Notes: generated by a model from the letters alone, not told the origin. A stretch of 64,000 nt of DNA from Eledone cirrhosa (GCA_964016885.1 OZ024744.1:35340001-35404000), one strand, 5' to 3'; shown: positions 14,101-29,541, counted from the stretch's first letter. Made by a program: numbers and translations.

Positions 14101-17100
14101 GGTACATTTTATTGAGGCACCAGCACTACCACTTTACAGAATGCACTGGGTACATTTTATTGTGGAACCAGCACCACCACTTTACAAAGTGTACTGTGTA
14201 CATTTTATTGTGGGACCACCACTACCACATTGTAGAGTGTACTGGGTACATTTTATGGTGGCACCAGCACTCCCACTTTGCAGAGTGTACTGGGTATATT
14301 TTAATCTGACACCAGCACAACCACTTTGCTGAGTGTATTGGGTATATTTTAATGTGGTACCAGCAATACCACTTTACAGAGTGTACTGGGTATATTTTAT
14401 TGTGGCACCAGCACTACCACTTTACAGAGTATACTGGGTACATTTTATTGTGGCACCGGCTCTACTGCTTTAGAGATTGCACTGGGTACATTTTATTGTG
14501 GCACCACTACTACCACTTTATAGAATATACTGGGTAATTTTATTTGGGCACCAGCACCACCACTTTACAGAGTGAACTGGGTACATTTTATTTTGGTACC
14601 AGCACTAACCCTTTGTAGAGTGTACTGGCTATATTTTATTACGTCACCAGCACTACCACTTTACAGAGTGTACTGGGTACATTTTATTATGGCATCAGTA
14701 CTACCACTTTGTAGAGTATACTGCGTATATTTTATTGTGGCACCAGCACTACCACTTTACAGAGTATACTGGGTACATTTTATTGTGGCACCGGCTCTAC
14801 CACTTTAGAGATTGCACTGGGTACATTTTATTGTGGCACGAGCACTACCACTTCACAGAGTGTACTTGTTACATTTTATTTTGGCACTAGCACTACCACT
14901 TTGCAGAGTGTACTGGGTGCATTTTAGTGTGGCACCAGTACTACCACTTTACAGAGTGTACTGGGTACATTTTATTGTGGAACCAGCACTACCACTTTGC
15001 AGAGTGTACTGGGTACATTTTATTGTGGCACCAGCAATTACCACATTACAGAGTGTACTGGGTACATTTTATGCTGGCACCAGCACTACCACTTTACAGA
15101 GTGTACTGGCTATATTTTATTATGCCACCAGCACTACCACTTTACAGAGTGTACTGGGTACATTTTATTGTGGCACCAGCACAATCACTTTACAGAGTGT
15201 ACTGGGTACTTTTTATTGTGGCACCAGCACTACCACGTTACAGAGTAAAATGGGTACATTTTATTGTAGCACCAGCACTACCACTTTACAGAGTGTACTT
15301 GGTACATTTTATTGTGGACCAGCATTACCACTTTGCAGATTATGCTGGGTACATTTTATTGTGGCACCAGCACTACAACTTTACAGAGTGTACTGGGTAC
15401 ATTTTATTGTGGAACCAGCACAATCACTTTACAGAGTGTACTGGGTACATTTTATTGTGGCACCAGCACTACCACTTTACAGAGTATAGTGGGTACATGT
15501 TATTGCGGCACCAGTACGACCACTATGCAGAGTATACTGGGTACATTTTATTGTGGCACCAGCGCTACTACTTTACAAAGTAAACTGGGTACATTTTATT
15601 GTGGGACCAGCACTTCCACTTTGCAGAGTGTACTGGGTACATTTTACTGTGGGACCAGAACTACCACTTTGCAGAGTGTACTGGGTAAATTTTATTGTGA
15701 CACCAGCACTATCACTTTACAGAGTAGACTGGGTACATTTTATTGTGGCACCAGCACTACAACTTTACAGAGTATACTGGGTACATTTTATTGTGGCACC
15801 GACTCTACCACTTTAGAGATTGCACTGGGTACATTTTATTGTGGCACCAGCACTACCACTTTATAGAATATACTGGGTAATTTTATTTGGGTACAAGCAC
15901 CACCACTTTACAGAGTGTAGTGGGTACATCTTATTGTGGCACCAGCACTACCACTTTACAGAGTGAACTGGGTACATTTTATTTTGGTACCAGCACTAAC
16001 CCTTTGCAGAATGTACTGGCTATATTTTATTATGTCACCAGCACTACCACTTTACAGAGTGTACTGGGTACATTTTATTATGGCACCAGTACTACCACTT
16101 TGCAGAGTATACTGTGTACATTTTATTGTGGCACAAGCACTACCATTTTATAGAATATACTGGGTACATTTTATTGTGGCACCAGCACCACCACTTTACA
16201 GAGTGTACTGGGTACATTTTATTATGGCACCAGCACTACCACTTTATAGAATATACTGGGTACATTTTATTGTGGCACCAGCACCACCACTTTGCAGAGT
16301 GTACTGGATACATTTTATTATGCCACCAGTACTACCACTTTGCAGAGTATACTGTGTATATTTTATTGTGGCACCAGCACTACCACTTTGCCAAATGTAC
16401 TGGCTATATTTATTATGGCACCAGCACTACCAGTTTACAGATTATACTGGGTACATTTTATTGTGGCACCAGCACTACCACTTTACAGAGTGTACTGGGT
16501 ACATTTTATGGTGGCACCAACACTACCACTTTACAGAGTATACTGGGTACATTTTATTGTGGCACCAGCACTACCTCTTTACAGAATGTACTGTGTACAT
16601 TTTATTGTGGCACCAGCACTACCACTTTTCAGCATGTACTGGGTACATTTTATTATGGCACCAGCACTACCACTTTGCAGAGTGTACTAGGTAAATTTTA
16701 TTGTGGCACCAGCACTACCATTTTGCAGAGTGTACTGGGTAAATTTTATTATGGCACAAGCACTACCACTTTACAGAGTTTACTGGGTATATTTTATTGT
16801 GGAGCCAGCACTACCACTTTCCAGAGTGTACTAGGTACATTTTATTGTGGCACCAGCAATACCTCTTTACAGATTATACTGGGTATATTTTATTGTGGCA
16901 CCAGCACTACCACTTTACAGAATGCACTGGGTACATTTTATTGTGGCACCGGCACCACCACTTTACAAAGTGTACTGGGTACATTTTATTGTGGGACCAC
17001 CACTACCACATTGCAGAGTGTACTGGGTACATTTTATGGTGGCACCAGCACTCCCAATTTCCAGAGTGTACTGGGTATATTTTAATCTGGCACCAGCACA

Positions 17101-20100
17101 ACCACTTTGCCTTGTGTATTGGGTATATTTTATTGTGGTACCAGCAATACCACTTTACAGAGTATACTGGGTACATTTTTTGTGGTACCGGCTCTACCAC
17201 TTTATAGAATATACTGGGTAATTTTATTTGGGCACCAGCACCACCACTTTACAGAGTGTAGTGGCTACATCTTATTGTGGCACCAGCACTACCACTTTAC
17301 AGAATGCACTGGGTACATTTTATTGTGGCACCGGCACCACCACTTTACAAAGTGTACTGGGTACATTTTATTGTGGGACCACCACTACCACATTGCAGAG
17401 TGTACTGGGTACATTTTATTGTGGCACCGGCACCACCACTTTACAAAGTGTACTGGGTACATTTTATTGTGGTACCAGCAATACCACTTTGCAGAGTGTA
17501 CTGGGTATATTTTATCGTGGCACCAGCACTACCACTTTACAGAGTATACTGGGTACATTTTATTGTGGCACCGGCTCTACCACTTTAGAGATTGCACTGG
17601 GTACATTTTATTGTGGCACCAGCACTACCACTTTATAGAATATACTGGGTAATTTTATTTGGGCACCAGCACCACCACTTTACAGAGTGTAGTGGGTACA
17701 TCTTATTGTGGCACCAGCACTACCACTTTACAGAGTGAACTGGGTACATTTTATTTTGGTACCAGCACTAACCCTTTGCAGAGTGTACTGGCTATATTTT
17801 ATTATGTCACCAGCACTACCACTTTACAGAGTGTACTGGGTACATTTTATTATGGCACCAGTACTACCACTTTGCAGAGTATACTGTGTATATTTTATTG
17901 TGGCACCAGCACTACCACTTTACAGAGTGTACTGGGTACATTTTATTGTGGCACCGGCTCTACCACTTTAGAGATTGCACTGGGTACATTTTATTGTGGC
18001 ACGAGCACTACCACTCTGCCGAGTGTACTGGGTACATTTTATTGAGGCACCAGCACTACCACTTTGCAGAATATAGTGGGAACATACTATTGTGGCACCA
18101 GCACTACAACTTTACAGAGTGTAGTGGGTACATTTTTTTGTGGCACCAGCACTACCACTTTGCAGAGTGTCCTGGGTACATTTTATTGTGGCACCAGCAC
18201 TACCACTTTGCAGAGTGTACTGGGTACATTTTATTGTGGCACCAGCACTACAAATTTGCAGAGTGTACTGGTTACATTTTATTGTGGCACCAGCACTACC
18301 ACTTTGCAGAGTATACTGGGTACGTTTTATTGTGGCACCAGCACTACCACTTTGCAGAGTGTTCTAGGTACATTATATTGTGGTAACAGCAATACCACCT
18401 TGCAGAGTGTACTGGGTACATTTTATTGTGGTACAAGCACTACCGCTTTACAGAGTGTACTGTGTACATTTTATTTTGGCACCAGCACTACCACTTTACA
18501 GAGAGTACTGGGTACATTTTATTGTGGCACCAGCACTACAACTTTACAGAGTGTACTGGGTACATTTTATTGTGGCACCAGCACTACCACTTTACAGAGT
18601 GTACTGGGTACATTTTATTATGGCACCAGCACTACCACTTTATAGAATATACTGGGTACATTTTATTGTGGCACCAGCACCACTACTTTGCAGAGTGTAC
18701 TGGATACATTTTATTATGGCACCAGTACTACCACTTTGCAGAGTATACTGTGTATATTTTATTGTGGCACCAGCACTACCACTTTGCCAAATGTACTGGC
18801 TATATTTTATTATGGCACCAGCACTACCAGTTTACAGATTATACTGGGTACATTTTATTGTGGCACCAGCACTACCACTTTACAGAGTGTACTGGGTACA
18901 TTTTATGGTGGGACCAACACTAGCACTTTACAGAGTATACTGGGTACATTTTATTGTGGCACCAGCACTACCTCTTTACAGAGTGTACTGTGTACATTTT
19001 ATTGTGGTACCAGCACTACCACTTTACAGCATGTACTGGGTACATTTTATTATGGCACCAGCACTACCACTTTGCAGAGTGTACTAGGTAAATGTTATTG
19101 TGGCACCAGCACTACCATTTTGCAGACTGTACTGGGTAAATTTTATTATGGCACAAGCACTACCACTTTACAGAGTGTACTGGGTACATTTTATTGTGGA
19201 GCCAGCACTACCACTTTGCAGAGTGTACTAGGTACATTTTATTGTGGCACCAGCAATACCTCTTTACAGATTATACTGGGTACATTTTATTGAGGCACCA
19301 GCACTACCACTTTACAGAATGCACTGGGTACATTTTATTGTGGAACCAGCACCACCACTTTACAAAGTGTACTGTGTACATTTTATTGTGGGACCACCAC
19401 TACCACATTGTAGAGTATAATGGGTACATTTTATGGTGGCAGCAGCACTCCCACTTTGCAGAGTGTACTGGGTATATTTTAATCTGACACCAGCACAACC
19501 ACTTTGCTGAGTGTATTGGGTATATTTTAATGTGGTACCAGCAATACCACTTTACAGAGTGTACTGGGTATATTTTATTGTGGCACCAGCACTACCACTT
19601 TACAGAGTATACTGGGTACATTTTATTGTGGCACCGGCTCTACCACTTTAGAGATTGCACTGGGTACATTTTATTGTGGCACCACTACTACCACTTTATA
19701 GAATATACTGGGTAATTTTATTTGGGCACCAGCACCACCACTTTACAGAGTGAACTGGGTACATTTTATTTTGGTACCAGCACTAACCCTTTGCAGAGTG
19801 TACTGGCTATATTTTATTACGTCACCAGCACTACCACTTTACAGAGTGTACTGGGTACATTTTATTATGGCATCAGTACTACCACTTTGCAGAGTATACT
19901 GCGTATATTTTATTGTGGCACCAGCACTACCACTTTACAGAGTATACTGGATACATTTTATTGTGGCACCGGCTCTACCACTTTAGAGATTGCACTGGGT
20001 ACATTTTATTGTGGCACGAGCACTACCACTCTGCCGAGTGTACTGGGTACATTTTTTTGTGGCACCAGCACTACCACTTTGCAGAATATAGTGGGAACAT

Positions 20101-23100
20101 ACTGTTGTGGCACCAGCACTACAACTTCACAGAGTGTAGTGGGTACATTTTTTGTGTGGCACCAGCACTACCACTTTGCAGAGTGTCCTGGGTACATTTT
20201 ATTGTGGCACCAGCACTACCACTTTGCAGAGTATACTGGGAACGTTTTATTGTGGCACCAGCACTACCACTTTGCAGAGTGTACTAGGTACATTATATTG
20301 TGGTAACAGCACTACCACCTAGCAGAGTGTACTGGGTACATTTTATTGTGGTACAAGCACTAACGCTTTACAGAGTGTACTGGGTACATTTTATTTTGGC
20401 ACCAGCACTATCACTTTACAGAGTGTACTGCGTTCATTTTATTTTGACACCAGCACTACCACTTTATGAAATATACTGGGTACATCTTATTGTGGCACGA
20501 GTACTACCACGTTATAGAATATACTGGGTACATTTTATTTGGGCACCAGCACCACCACTTTACAGAGTGTACTGGGTACATCTTATTGTGGCACCAGCAC
20601 TACCACTTTACAGAGTGTACTGGCTACATTTTATTTTGGTACCAGCACTATCCCTTTGCAGAGTGTACTTGCTATATTTTATTATGTCACCAGCACTACC
20701 ACTTTACAGAGTGTACTGGGTACATTTTATGGTGGCACCAGTACTACCACTTTACAGAGTGTACTGGGTACATTTTATTGTGGCACCAGCACTACCACTT
20801 TATAGAATATACTGGGTACATTTTATTGTGGCACCAGCACCTCCACTTTGCAGAGTGTACTGGATACATTTTATTATGGCACCAGCACTACCACTTTACA
20901 GATTATACTGGGTACATTTTATTGTGGCACCAGCACTACCACTTTACAGAGTGTACTGGGTATATTTTATGGTGGCACCAACACTACCACTTTACAGAGT
21001 ATACTGGGTACATTTTATTCTGGCACCAGCACTACCTCTTTAGAGAGTGCACCGTGTACATTTTATTGTGGCACCAGCACTACCACTTTACAGCATGTAC
21101 TGGGTACATTTTATTATGGCACCAGCACTACCACTTTGCAGAGTGTACTAGGTAAATTTTATTGTGGCACCAGCACTACCATTTTACAGAGTGTACTGGC
21201 TAAATTTTATTATGGCACAAGCACTACCACTTTACAGAGTGTACTGGGTACATTTTATTGTGGCACCAGCAATACCTCTTTACAGATTATACTGGGTACA
21301 TTTTATTGTGGCACCAGCACTACCACTTTACAGAATGCACTGCGTACATTTTACTGTAGCACCAGCACCACCACTCTACAAAGTGTACTGGGTACATTTT
21401 ATTGTGGGACCACCACTACCACATTGCAGAGTGTACTGGGTATATTTTAATCTGGCACCAGCACAACCACTTTGCTGAGTGTATTGAGTATATTTTATTG
21501 TGGTACCAGCAATACCACTTTACAGAGTGTACTGGGTATATTTTATTGTGGCACCAGCACTACCACTTTGCAGAATATAGTGGGAACATATTATTGTGGG
21601 ACCAGCACTACAACTTTACAGAGTGTACTGGGTACATTTTATTGTTGCAGAAGCACTACCACTTTGCAGAGTGTACTGGGTACATTTTATTGTGGCACCA
21701 GCACTACCATTTTGCAGAGTGTTCTGGGTACATTTTATTGTGGCACCAGCACTACAACTTTGCAGAGTGTACTGGGTACATTTTATTGTGGCACCAGCAC
21801 TACAACTTTGCAGAGTGTACTGGGTACATTTCATTGTGGTACCAGCACTAACACCTTGCAGAGTGTACTGGGTACATTTTATTTTGCCACCAGCACTACC
21901 ACATTACAGAGTGTACTGGGTACATTTTATTGTGGCACCAGCACTACCACTTTACAGAGTGAAATGGGTACATTTTATTGTGGAACCAGCACTACCACTT
22001 TACAGAGTGTACTGGGTACATTTTATTTTGTCTCCAGCACTACCACTTTATAAAATATACTGGGTACATTTTATTGCGGCACCAGCACTACCACTTTATA
22101 GAATATACCGGGTGATTTTATTTGGGCACCAGCACCGCCACTTTACAGAGTGTACTGGGTACATCTTATTGTGGCACCAGCATTACCACTTTACAGAGTG
22201 AACTGGGTACATTTTATTTTGGTACCAGCACTACCCTTTGCAGAGTGTACTGGCTATATTTTATTGTGGCACCAGCACTACCACTTTATAGAATATTCTG
22301 GGTACATTTTAATGTGGGACCAGCACCACCACTTTGCAGAGTGTATTGGGTACATTTTATTATGGCACCAGTACTACCACTTTGCAGAGTATACTGTGTA
22401 TATTTTATTGTGGCACCAGCAGTACCACTTTCCAAATGTACTGGCTATATTTTATTATGGCACCAGCACTACCTTTTTACAGTTTGTACTAGGTACATTT
22501 TATTGTGGCACCAGCACTACCACTTTACAGAGTGTACTGGGTACATTTTATTGTGGCACCAGCACTACCACTTTGCAGGGTGTATTTAGTATATTTCATT
22601 GTGGTACCAGCAATACCACTTTACAGAGTGTACTGGGTACATTTTATTGTGGGACCAGCTCTACCACTTTACAGAGTGTACTTGGTACATTTTATGGTGG
22701 TACCAACACTACCACTTTACAGATTATACTGGGTACATTTTATTGTGGCACCAGCACTACCACTTTACAGAATGTACTGGGTACATTTTATTGTGGCACC
22801 GGCACCACCACTTAAGAAAGTTTACTGGGTACATTTTATAGTGGAACCAGCACTACCACTTTGCAGAGTATACTGGGTACGTTTTATTGTGCGACCAGCA
22901 ATATCACTTTGCAGAGTGTACTGGGTACATTATATTGTTGCACCAGCACTACCACTTTACAGAGTGTACTGGGTACATTTCATTGTAGCACCAGCACTAC
23001 CATTTTACAGAGTGTACTGGGTACATTTTATTGTGGCACCAGCACTACCACTTTACAGAGTGTACTGGGTATATTTTATTGCGGCACCAGCACTACCACT

Positions 23101-26100
23101 TTATGGAATATACTGGGTACATTTTATTGTGGCACCAGCACCACCACTTTACAGAGTGTACTGGGTACATTTTATTGTGGCGCCAGCACTACCACTTTGA
23201 AGAGTGCACTAGGTACATTTTATTATGGCACCTGTACTACCACTTTGCAGAGTATACTGTGTATATTTTATTGTGGTACCAGCATTACCACTTTACAAAG
23301 TGTACTGGGTACATTTTATTGTGGGACCACCGCTACCACATTGCAGAGTGTACTGGGTACATTTTATTGTTGCAGAAGCACTACCACTTTGCAGAGTGTA
23401 CTGGGTAATATTTTATTGTGGCACCAGCACTACCACTTTGCAGAGTGTCCTGGGTACATTTTATTGTGGCACCAGCACTACCACTTTGCAGAGTGTACTG
23501 GGTACATTTTATTGTGGCACCAGCACTACAACTTTGCAGAGTGTACTGGGTACATTTCATTGTGGCACCATCACTACCACTTTGCAGATTATACTGGGTA
23601 CGTTTTATTGTGGCACCAGCACTACCACTTTGCAGAGTGTACTGGGTACATTATATCGTGGTACCAGCACTAGCACCTTGCAGAGTGTACTGGGTACATT
23701 TTATTGTGGTACAAGCACTACCACTTTACAGAGCGTACTGGGTACATTTTATAGTGGCACCAGCACTACCACTTTACAGAATGTACTGGGTACATTTTAT
23801 TGTGGCACCAGCTCTACCACTTTACAGAGTATACTGGGTACATTTTATTGTGGGACCAGTATTACCACTTTGCAGAATGTACTGGGTACATTTTATTGTG
23901 GCACCAGCAGTAACACTTTACAGAGTATACTGGGTACATTTTATTGTGGCACCAGCTCTACCACTTTACAGAGTGTACTGACTATATTTTATTATGGCAC
24001 CAGTACTACCACTTTGCAGAGTGTACTGGGTAAATTTTATTGTGGCACCAGCACTACCACTTTACAGAGTGTACTGGGTACATTTTATTGTGGCACCAGC
24101 AATACCACGTTACAGAGTGTACCGGGTACATTTTATTGAGGCATCATCACAACCACTTTACAGAGTGTACTTGGTACATTTTATTGGGGCACCAGTACTA
24201 CCACTTTTCAGAGTATACTGGGTACATTTTATGGTGGCACCAGCACTACCCCTTTGCAGAGTGTACTGGGTATAATTTATTGTGGCACCAACACTACCAC
24301 TTTGCAGAGTGTACTGGGTACATTATATCGTGGTACCAGCACTAGCACCTTGCAGAGTGTACTGGGTACATTTTATTGTGGTACAAGCACTACCACTTTA
24401 CAGAGTGTACTGGCTACATTTTATTATGGCACCAGCACTACCACTTTGCAGAGTGTACTGGGTAAATTTTATTGTGACACCAGCACTACCACTTTGCAGA
24501 GTGTACTGGGTAAATTTTATTGTGGCACCAGCAATACCACTTTACAGAGAGTACCGGGTACATTTTATTGAGGCATCAGCACTACCACTTAACAGAGTGT
24601 ACTGGGTACATTTTATTGTGGCACCAGCACTACCACTTTACAGAGTGTACTGGGTACATTTTATTGGGGCACCAGTTCTACCACTTTTCAGAGTATACTG
24701 GGTACATTTTATGGTGGCACCAGCACTACCACTTTGCAGAGTGTACTGGGTATATTTTATTGTGGCACCAACACTACCACTTTGCACAGTGTACTTGTTT
24801 TATTTTATTGGGGCACCAGCACTAGCACTTTGCAGAGTGTACGAGGTAATATTTCATTGTGGCACCAACACTACCACTTTACAGAGTGTACTGTGTAAAT
24901 TTTATTGTGGCACCAGCACTAGCACTTTGCAGAGTGTACTAGGTACATTTTATTGTGGCACCAGCACTACCACTTTACAGAGCGTACTGGGTACATTTTA
25001 TAGTGGCACCAGCACTACCACTTTACAGAATGTACTGGGTACATTTTATTGTGGCACCAGCTCTACCACTTTACAGAGTATACTGGGTACATTTTATTGT
25101 GGGACCAGTATTACCACTTTGCAGAATGTACTGGGTACATTTTATTGTGGCTCCAGCAGTAACACTTTACAGAGTATACTGGGTACATTTTATTGTGGCA
25201 CCAGCTCTACCACTTTACAGAGTGTACTGACTATATTTTATTATGGCACCAGTACTACCACTTTGCAGAGTGTACTGGGTAAATTTTATTGTGGCACCAG
25301 CACTACCACTTTACAGAGTGTACTGGGTACATTTTATTGTGGCACCAGCAATACCACGTTACAGAGTGTACCGGGTACATTTTATTGAGGCATCATCACA
25401 ACCACTTTACAGAGTGTACTTGGTACATTTTATTGGGGCACCAGTACTACCACTTTTCAGAGTATACTGGGTACATTTTATGGTGGCACCAGCACTACCC
25501 CTTTGCAGAGTGTACTGGGTATAATTTATTGTGGCACCAACACTAGCACTTTGCACAGTGTACTGGGTTTATTTTATTGGGGCACCAGTACTAGCACTTT
25601 GCAGAGTGTACTAGGTACATTTTATTGTGGCACCAGCACTACCACTTTATAGAGCGTACTGGGTACATTTTATTGTGGCACCAGCACTACCAGTTTACAG
25701 AATGTACTGGGTACATTTTATTGTGGCACCAGCTCTACCACTTTACAGAGTATACTGGGTACATTTTCTTGTGGGACCAGTACTACCACTTTGCAGAGTG
25801 TACTGGGTACATTTTATTGTGACACCAGCAGTAACACTTTGCAGAGTGTACTAGGTACATTTTATTGTGGCACCATCACTGTCACATTACACAGTGTACT
25901 GGGTACATTTTATTGTGGAACCAGCACTACTACTTTACAGTGTACTGGGTACAATTTATTGTGGCACCAGCACTACCACTTTACAAATTATAATGGGTAC
26001 ATTTTATTGGAGCACCAGCACTACCACTTTATTGAATATACTGGGTACATTTTATTGTGGCACCAGCACTACCACTTTGCAGAGTATATTGGGTACATTT

Positions 26101-26407
26101 TATTGTGGCACCAGCACTACCACTTTGCAGAGTATATTGGGTACATTTTATTTTGGCACCAGCACTACCACTTTGGAGAGTGTACTGGGTATGTTTTATT
26201 GTGGCACCAGCACTACCACTTTGCAGAGTGTACTGGGTACATTTTATTGTGGCACTAGCACTAACATTTTTCAGAGTGTACTGGGTGTATTTTATCTGTG
26301 TACAAGCACTACTGCATTTCAGTGTGTGCTGGTTGCATTTTGTTATACCACTAGCATTACCAGTTTACTAAGTGTATTAGGTGCATTTTATTGTGACACC
26401 AGTACTA
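2187..26407 (+). repeat. satellite 1: 48-bp tandem array, about 500 monomers, consensus CAGAGTGTACTGGGTACATTTTATTGTGGCACCAGCACTACCACTTTA
   Basis: Directly visible uninterrupted head-to-tail array of about 24.2 kb; occasional 47- and 49-bp monomers; most homogeneous at the left end. Confidence 0.98.
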
Positions 26408-26849
26408 GATGAAAATAGGTCCATGAGCATGAAGATGGGGAAGAGAGTAAGTAGATGCTATAAGTCAATAAATCAAGAAATAGAATAGTAGCAGAACGCA
26501 GTCTCTTTACATTCCATTTCCCATTTCCATTACTAGGAATTAGAGAGAAAACAAATGATACAATATCTTTCAGAGAAAAGATTCTAGCAATCAAATTTAT
26601 AATTCCTTTCTTACCATTCCCCTAAATCAATACATCCATAAGTCAATCTTAAACATATTTTTTTATCTTTCAATCCTACTGATGAATTCCTATTGTAATT
26701 CTTCACAGTATATAGTTTGTAATTGAAAGCTCTTTTACACACATATACATGTTTAAGTAAACACACATATTTAAACACATACACATGTAATCACAAATAC
26801 ACAAAGAACAAGCAAGAGAGAGGGATAGAGAAAGAGATAGAAAATGTGA

Positions 26850-27132
26850 TATAAGCCCCCACTGCAAAGTGGTTGTGATGGTGACACAACAAAAAGCACC
26901 CGGCCTACACTATAAAGTTGTCGTGTAGGTGTCACGATAAAAAGCACCCAGTACCCACTGTAAATGCGATTGGCATTAAGAAGGGCATCCAACTGTAGAA
27001 ACCAATTCGAAAGCAGTTCTATATGAGCAAACATGGTCACATGACTTGGCATTGCTCACAACAGGACAACTCATCTAACCCATGCTAGCATGGAAAAATG
27101 GACATTAAACGGTGATGATGATGATAATGATA
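26850..27132 (+). mobile_element. RTE LINE 3' UTR fragment with (GAT)n tail
   Basis: AAGAAGGGCATCCAACTGTAGAA ... AACCCATGCTAGCATGGAAAAATGGACATTAAAC-(GAT)n; reverse complement of the 3' end of the LINE at 27518-27800; carries two 48-bp motif units. Confidence 0.8.
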
Positions 27133-27517
27133 TTTAAGGTGTTCATCTATATTGGAGTGAACACCTTAACCTTAATTCTTATTTCTTGTTCAGGCTGAGC
27201 CAGCCTACAACTCCATATGCAAATGTGGCTAATCAACCCATGTACATAGATGTCAAAACTATATTTGCACCAATATTGACTTCCAGCAGAAAGTTGGGTA
27301 AAGGGGAGCATTATTTTGATAATGATTATCAGTCTATCAGTCAGAAACAGGCATCAGTAATTTTCGCCTTGTTTTTGTTGGAATTTGCTATGTGACGCCC
27401 TGCCACTAGCTTCCAAAGTTCATAGCTAAGGGCATTCAAATGTTTATTCATAAACATAACATATATTATTAAATATACAAAATACACGTACTTATATATA
27501 TATATATATATATATAT

Positions 27518-29437
27518 ATCATCATCATCATTATCATCACCATTTTACGTCCGTTCTTCCACGCTAGCATGGGTTAGACGGGTTGTCCTGTTGTGGGCAG
27601 TGTCTGGTCGGCTGACCATGCCTTGCTCATACAGGAACTGATTTGGCTTGCTTTCTACAGCTGGATGCCCTTCCTAACACCAACCTCATTTACAGTGAGT
27701 GCTGGGTGCTTTTTTGTGGCGCCTACACGTCCACTTTACAGTGTGGGCTGGGTGCTTTTTTGCCGTGGCACCTCCACGACCACCTTGCAGTGGGGGGTGT
27801 GGGGGCATATTGTTTATATGCTTCAGCTTGTACCCATGGGAGGTCGGGTACTCTGTATTACTGCATGACGCCAGATGTCACGGTCGTGTGTCATCGCCTT
27901 TGAGAGGTGTAATTGGGTAAGGTCGGCTTTTATCACCTCATCCCATGTCATCTTGGGTCTCCCCACTCCGCGGTTTCCATCGACTTCTAGTGCTCTGCAC
28001 CTTTTTATGCAGCTGTCATCCTTCATACGCATCACATGTCCATACCAACGCAACCGCCTCTCCTGCACACAGCATTTGATTCCTCTTATGCTCAGTCTCT
28101 CTCTCAATTCATTTATGCTTTGTTGTTCGCGTATATTACTATTATACATCCATCCGAGCATGCAGGCTTCGTTTCTCTCTAATCTACGTAAGTCTTCCAC
28201 CTTCAGCGCCAAAATCTCACTACCATGCAACATCGCTGTTCGGATACACGCATCATACAGTCTTTCTTTCATTTTGAGGGAGAAGCCTTTTGCAGCTAGC
28301 AGTGGTAGTAGTTCCCTAGACTTCTTCCATCCCGTTCTTACCCTAGTTATTGTACTTTCTGAACACCCACCTCCGCTGCTAATTCGGTCACCTAGGTAGC
28401 AGAAGCTGTCTACTGTTTCTACAGAGCCCTCCCAGAGATTGGTGGTACTTGTTTCCTGTGGCTGTTTGCTGCTTTCTGTCCCAGCACAGCTGCTGCATGT
28501 GAAGCCTACATTCTTAATTAAGCTTCCTGAGATCCCACTACATCTCTTGTGTACCCATTGTTTGCATTTGGGGCAGAGAATGGAGTTCCTACCTACACCT
28601 TTCCTACATACTGAGAAAGGCCATTTCCCTGAGGGGATCTGGGTTCTGTCTTCTCATCTACTTACAAGGACCTTAGTCTTTGTCATGTTGACTTTGAGAC
28701 CCTTTCTTTCTAGTCCCTGCTTCCAAGTTTGGAATTTATTCTCTAGTTCTACCATAGATTCAGCTATAAGTACGAGGTCATCAGCATACAGGAGTTCCCA
28801 TGGGCATCCGGTCTTAAACTCCTTCATTATTGCTTGCAGGCCTATGATGAACAGGAGAGGGCTAAGAACAGAGCCCTGGTGGACACAAACCTGTACGCTA
28901 AATTCCTCGCTATACTCATTGCTAATCCTAACTTTGCTGACTGCTCCCCTATACATGGCTTGTACCGCTTTCATAAGCCATTCATCTACTCCTAGTTTTC
29001 TAAGAGCCCACCAGATTACAGCACGTGGAACTCTGTCAAAGGCTTTCTCAAGATCGACGAATGCCAGGTAGAGTGGCTTACTTTTAGCTAGGTACTTTTC
29101 CTGTAACTGCCTCACAAGGAAGTGGGCATCAGTGGTGCCTCTTCCTGGTACAAACCCAAATTGCATCTCATCTAGTTTCACCCAGTCCCTAATCAACTGT
29201 GCTATAACTCTTTCTGTTACTTTCATGACCTGGTCCATCAGCTTTATACCTCTATAGTTTCCTCTATCTAGTGCATCACCTTTACCTTTGTAGCAGTTGA
29301 CAATGATGCTACTGCACCAATCTTTTGGTATGACACCTTCTAGTATTACCTGGTTAACAATACGTGTGGTTATAGTGTGACCTACAGACCCAGATGCCTT
29401 CAGCATCTCGGCAGCTATACCCGATGGACCGGTTGCT
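27518..29437 (-). mobile_element. RTE-clade LINE copy A, 5'-truncated (RT, Cys/His finger, C-terminus, 3' UTR, (GAT)n tail)
   Basis: ORF 29406-28654 has non-LTR RT motifs (YKGKGD..NYRGIKL, QFGF, FVDLEKAFDRVPR, QGSVLSPLLF, LYADDL). It continues in the same frame past one TGA to 27823 ([19 protein letters not shown]). (TA)n on both flanks. Confidence 0.93.
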
Positions 29438-29459
29438 ATATATATATATATATATATAG

Positions 29460-29541
29460 CAGAGCACTAGAAGTCAATGGAAACCGTGGAGTGGAGATGA
29501 GGTGATAAAAGCCGACCTTGCTCAATTACACCTCTCAAAGG
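29460..29541 (+). mobile_element. short inverted RTE fragment with an internal deletion
   Basis: CAGAGCACTAGAAGTCAATGGAAACCGTGGAGTGG..GATGAGGTGATAAAAGCCGACCTT..CAATTACACCTCTCAAAGG is the reverse complement of about 27897-27997, lacking about 20 nt. Confidence 0.8.

Noticed and set aside
2187-26407. CRISPR-like array or a cluster of repeat-protein genes
   Set aside because: Monomers are contiguous with no unique spacers, there are no cas genes, and the context is eukaryotic. The many overlapping ORFs arise because the 48-bp unit lacks + strand stops. Only the 2149 ORF is kept, as a hypothesis.
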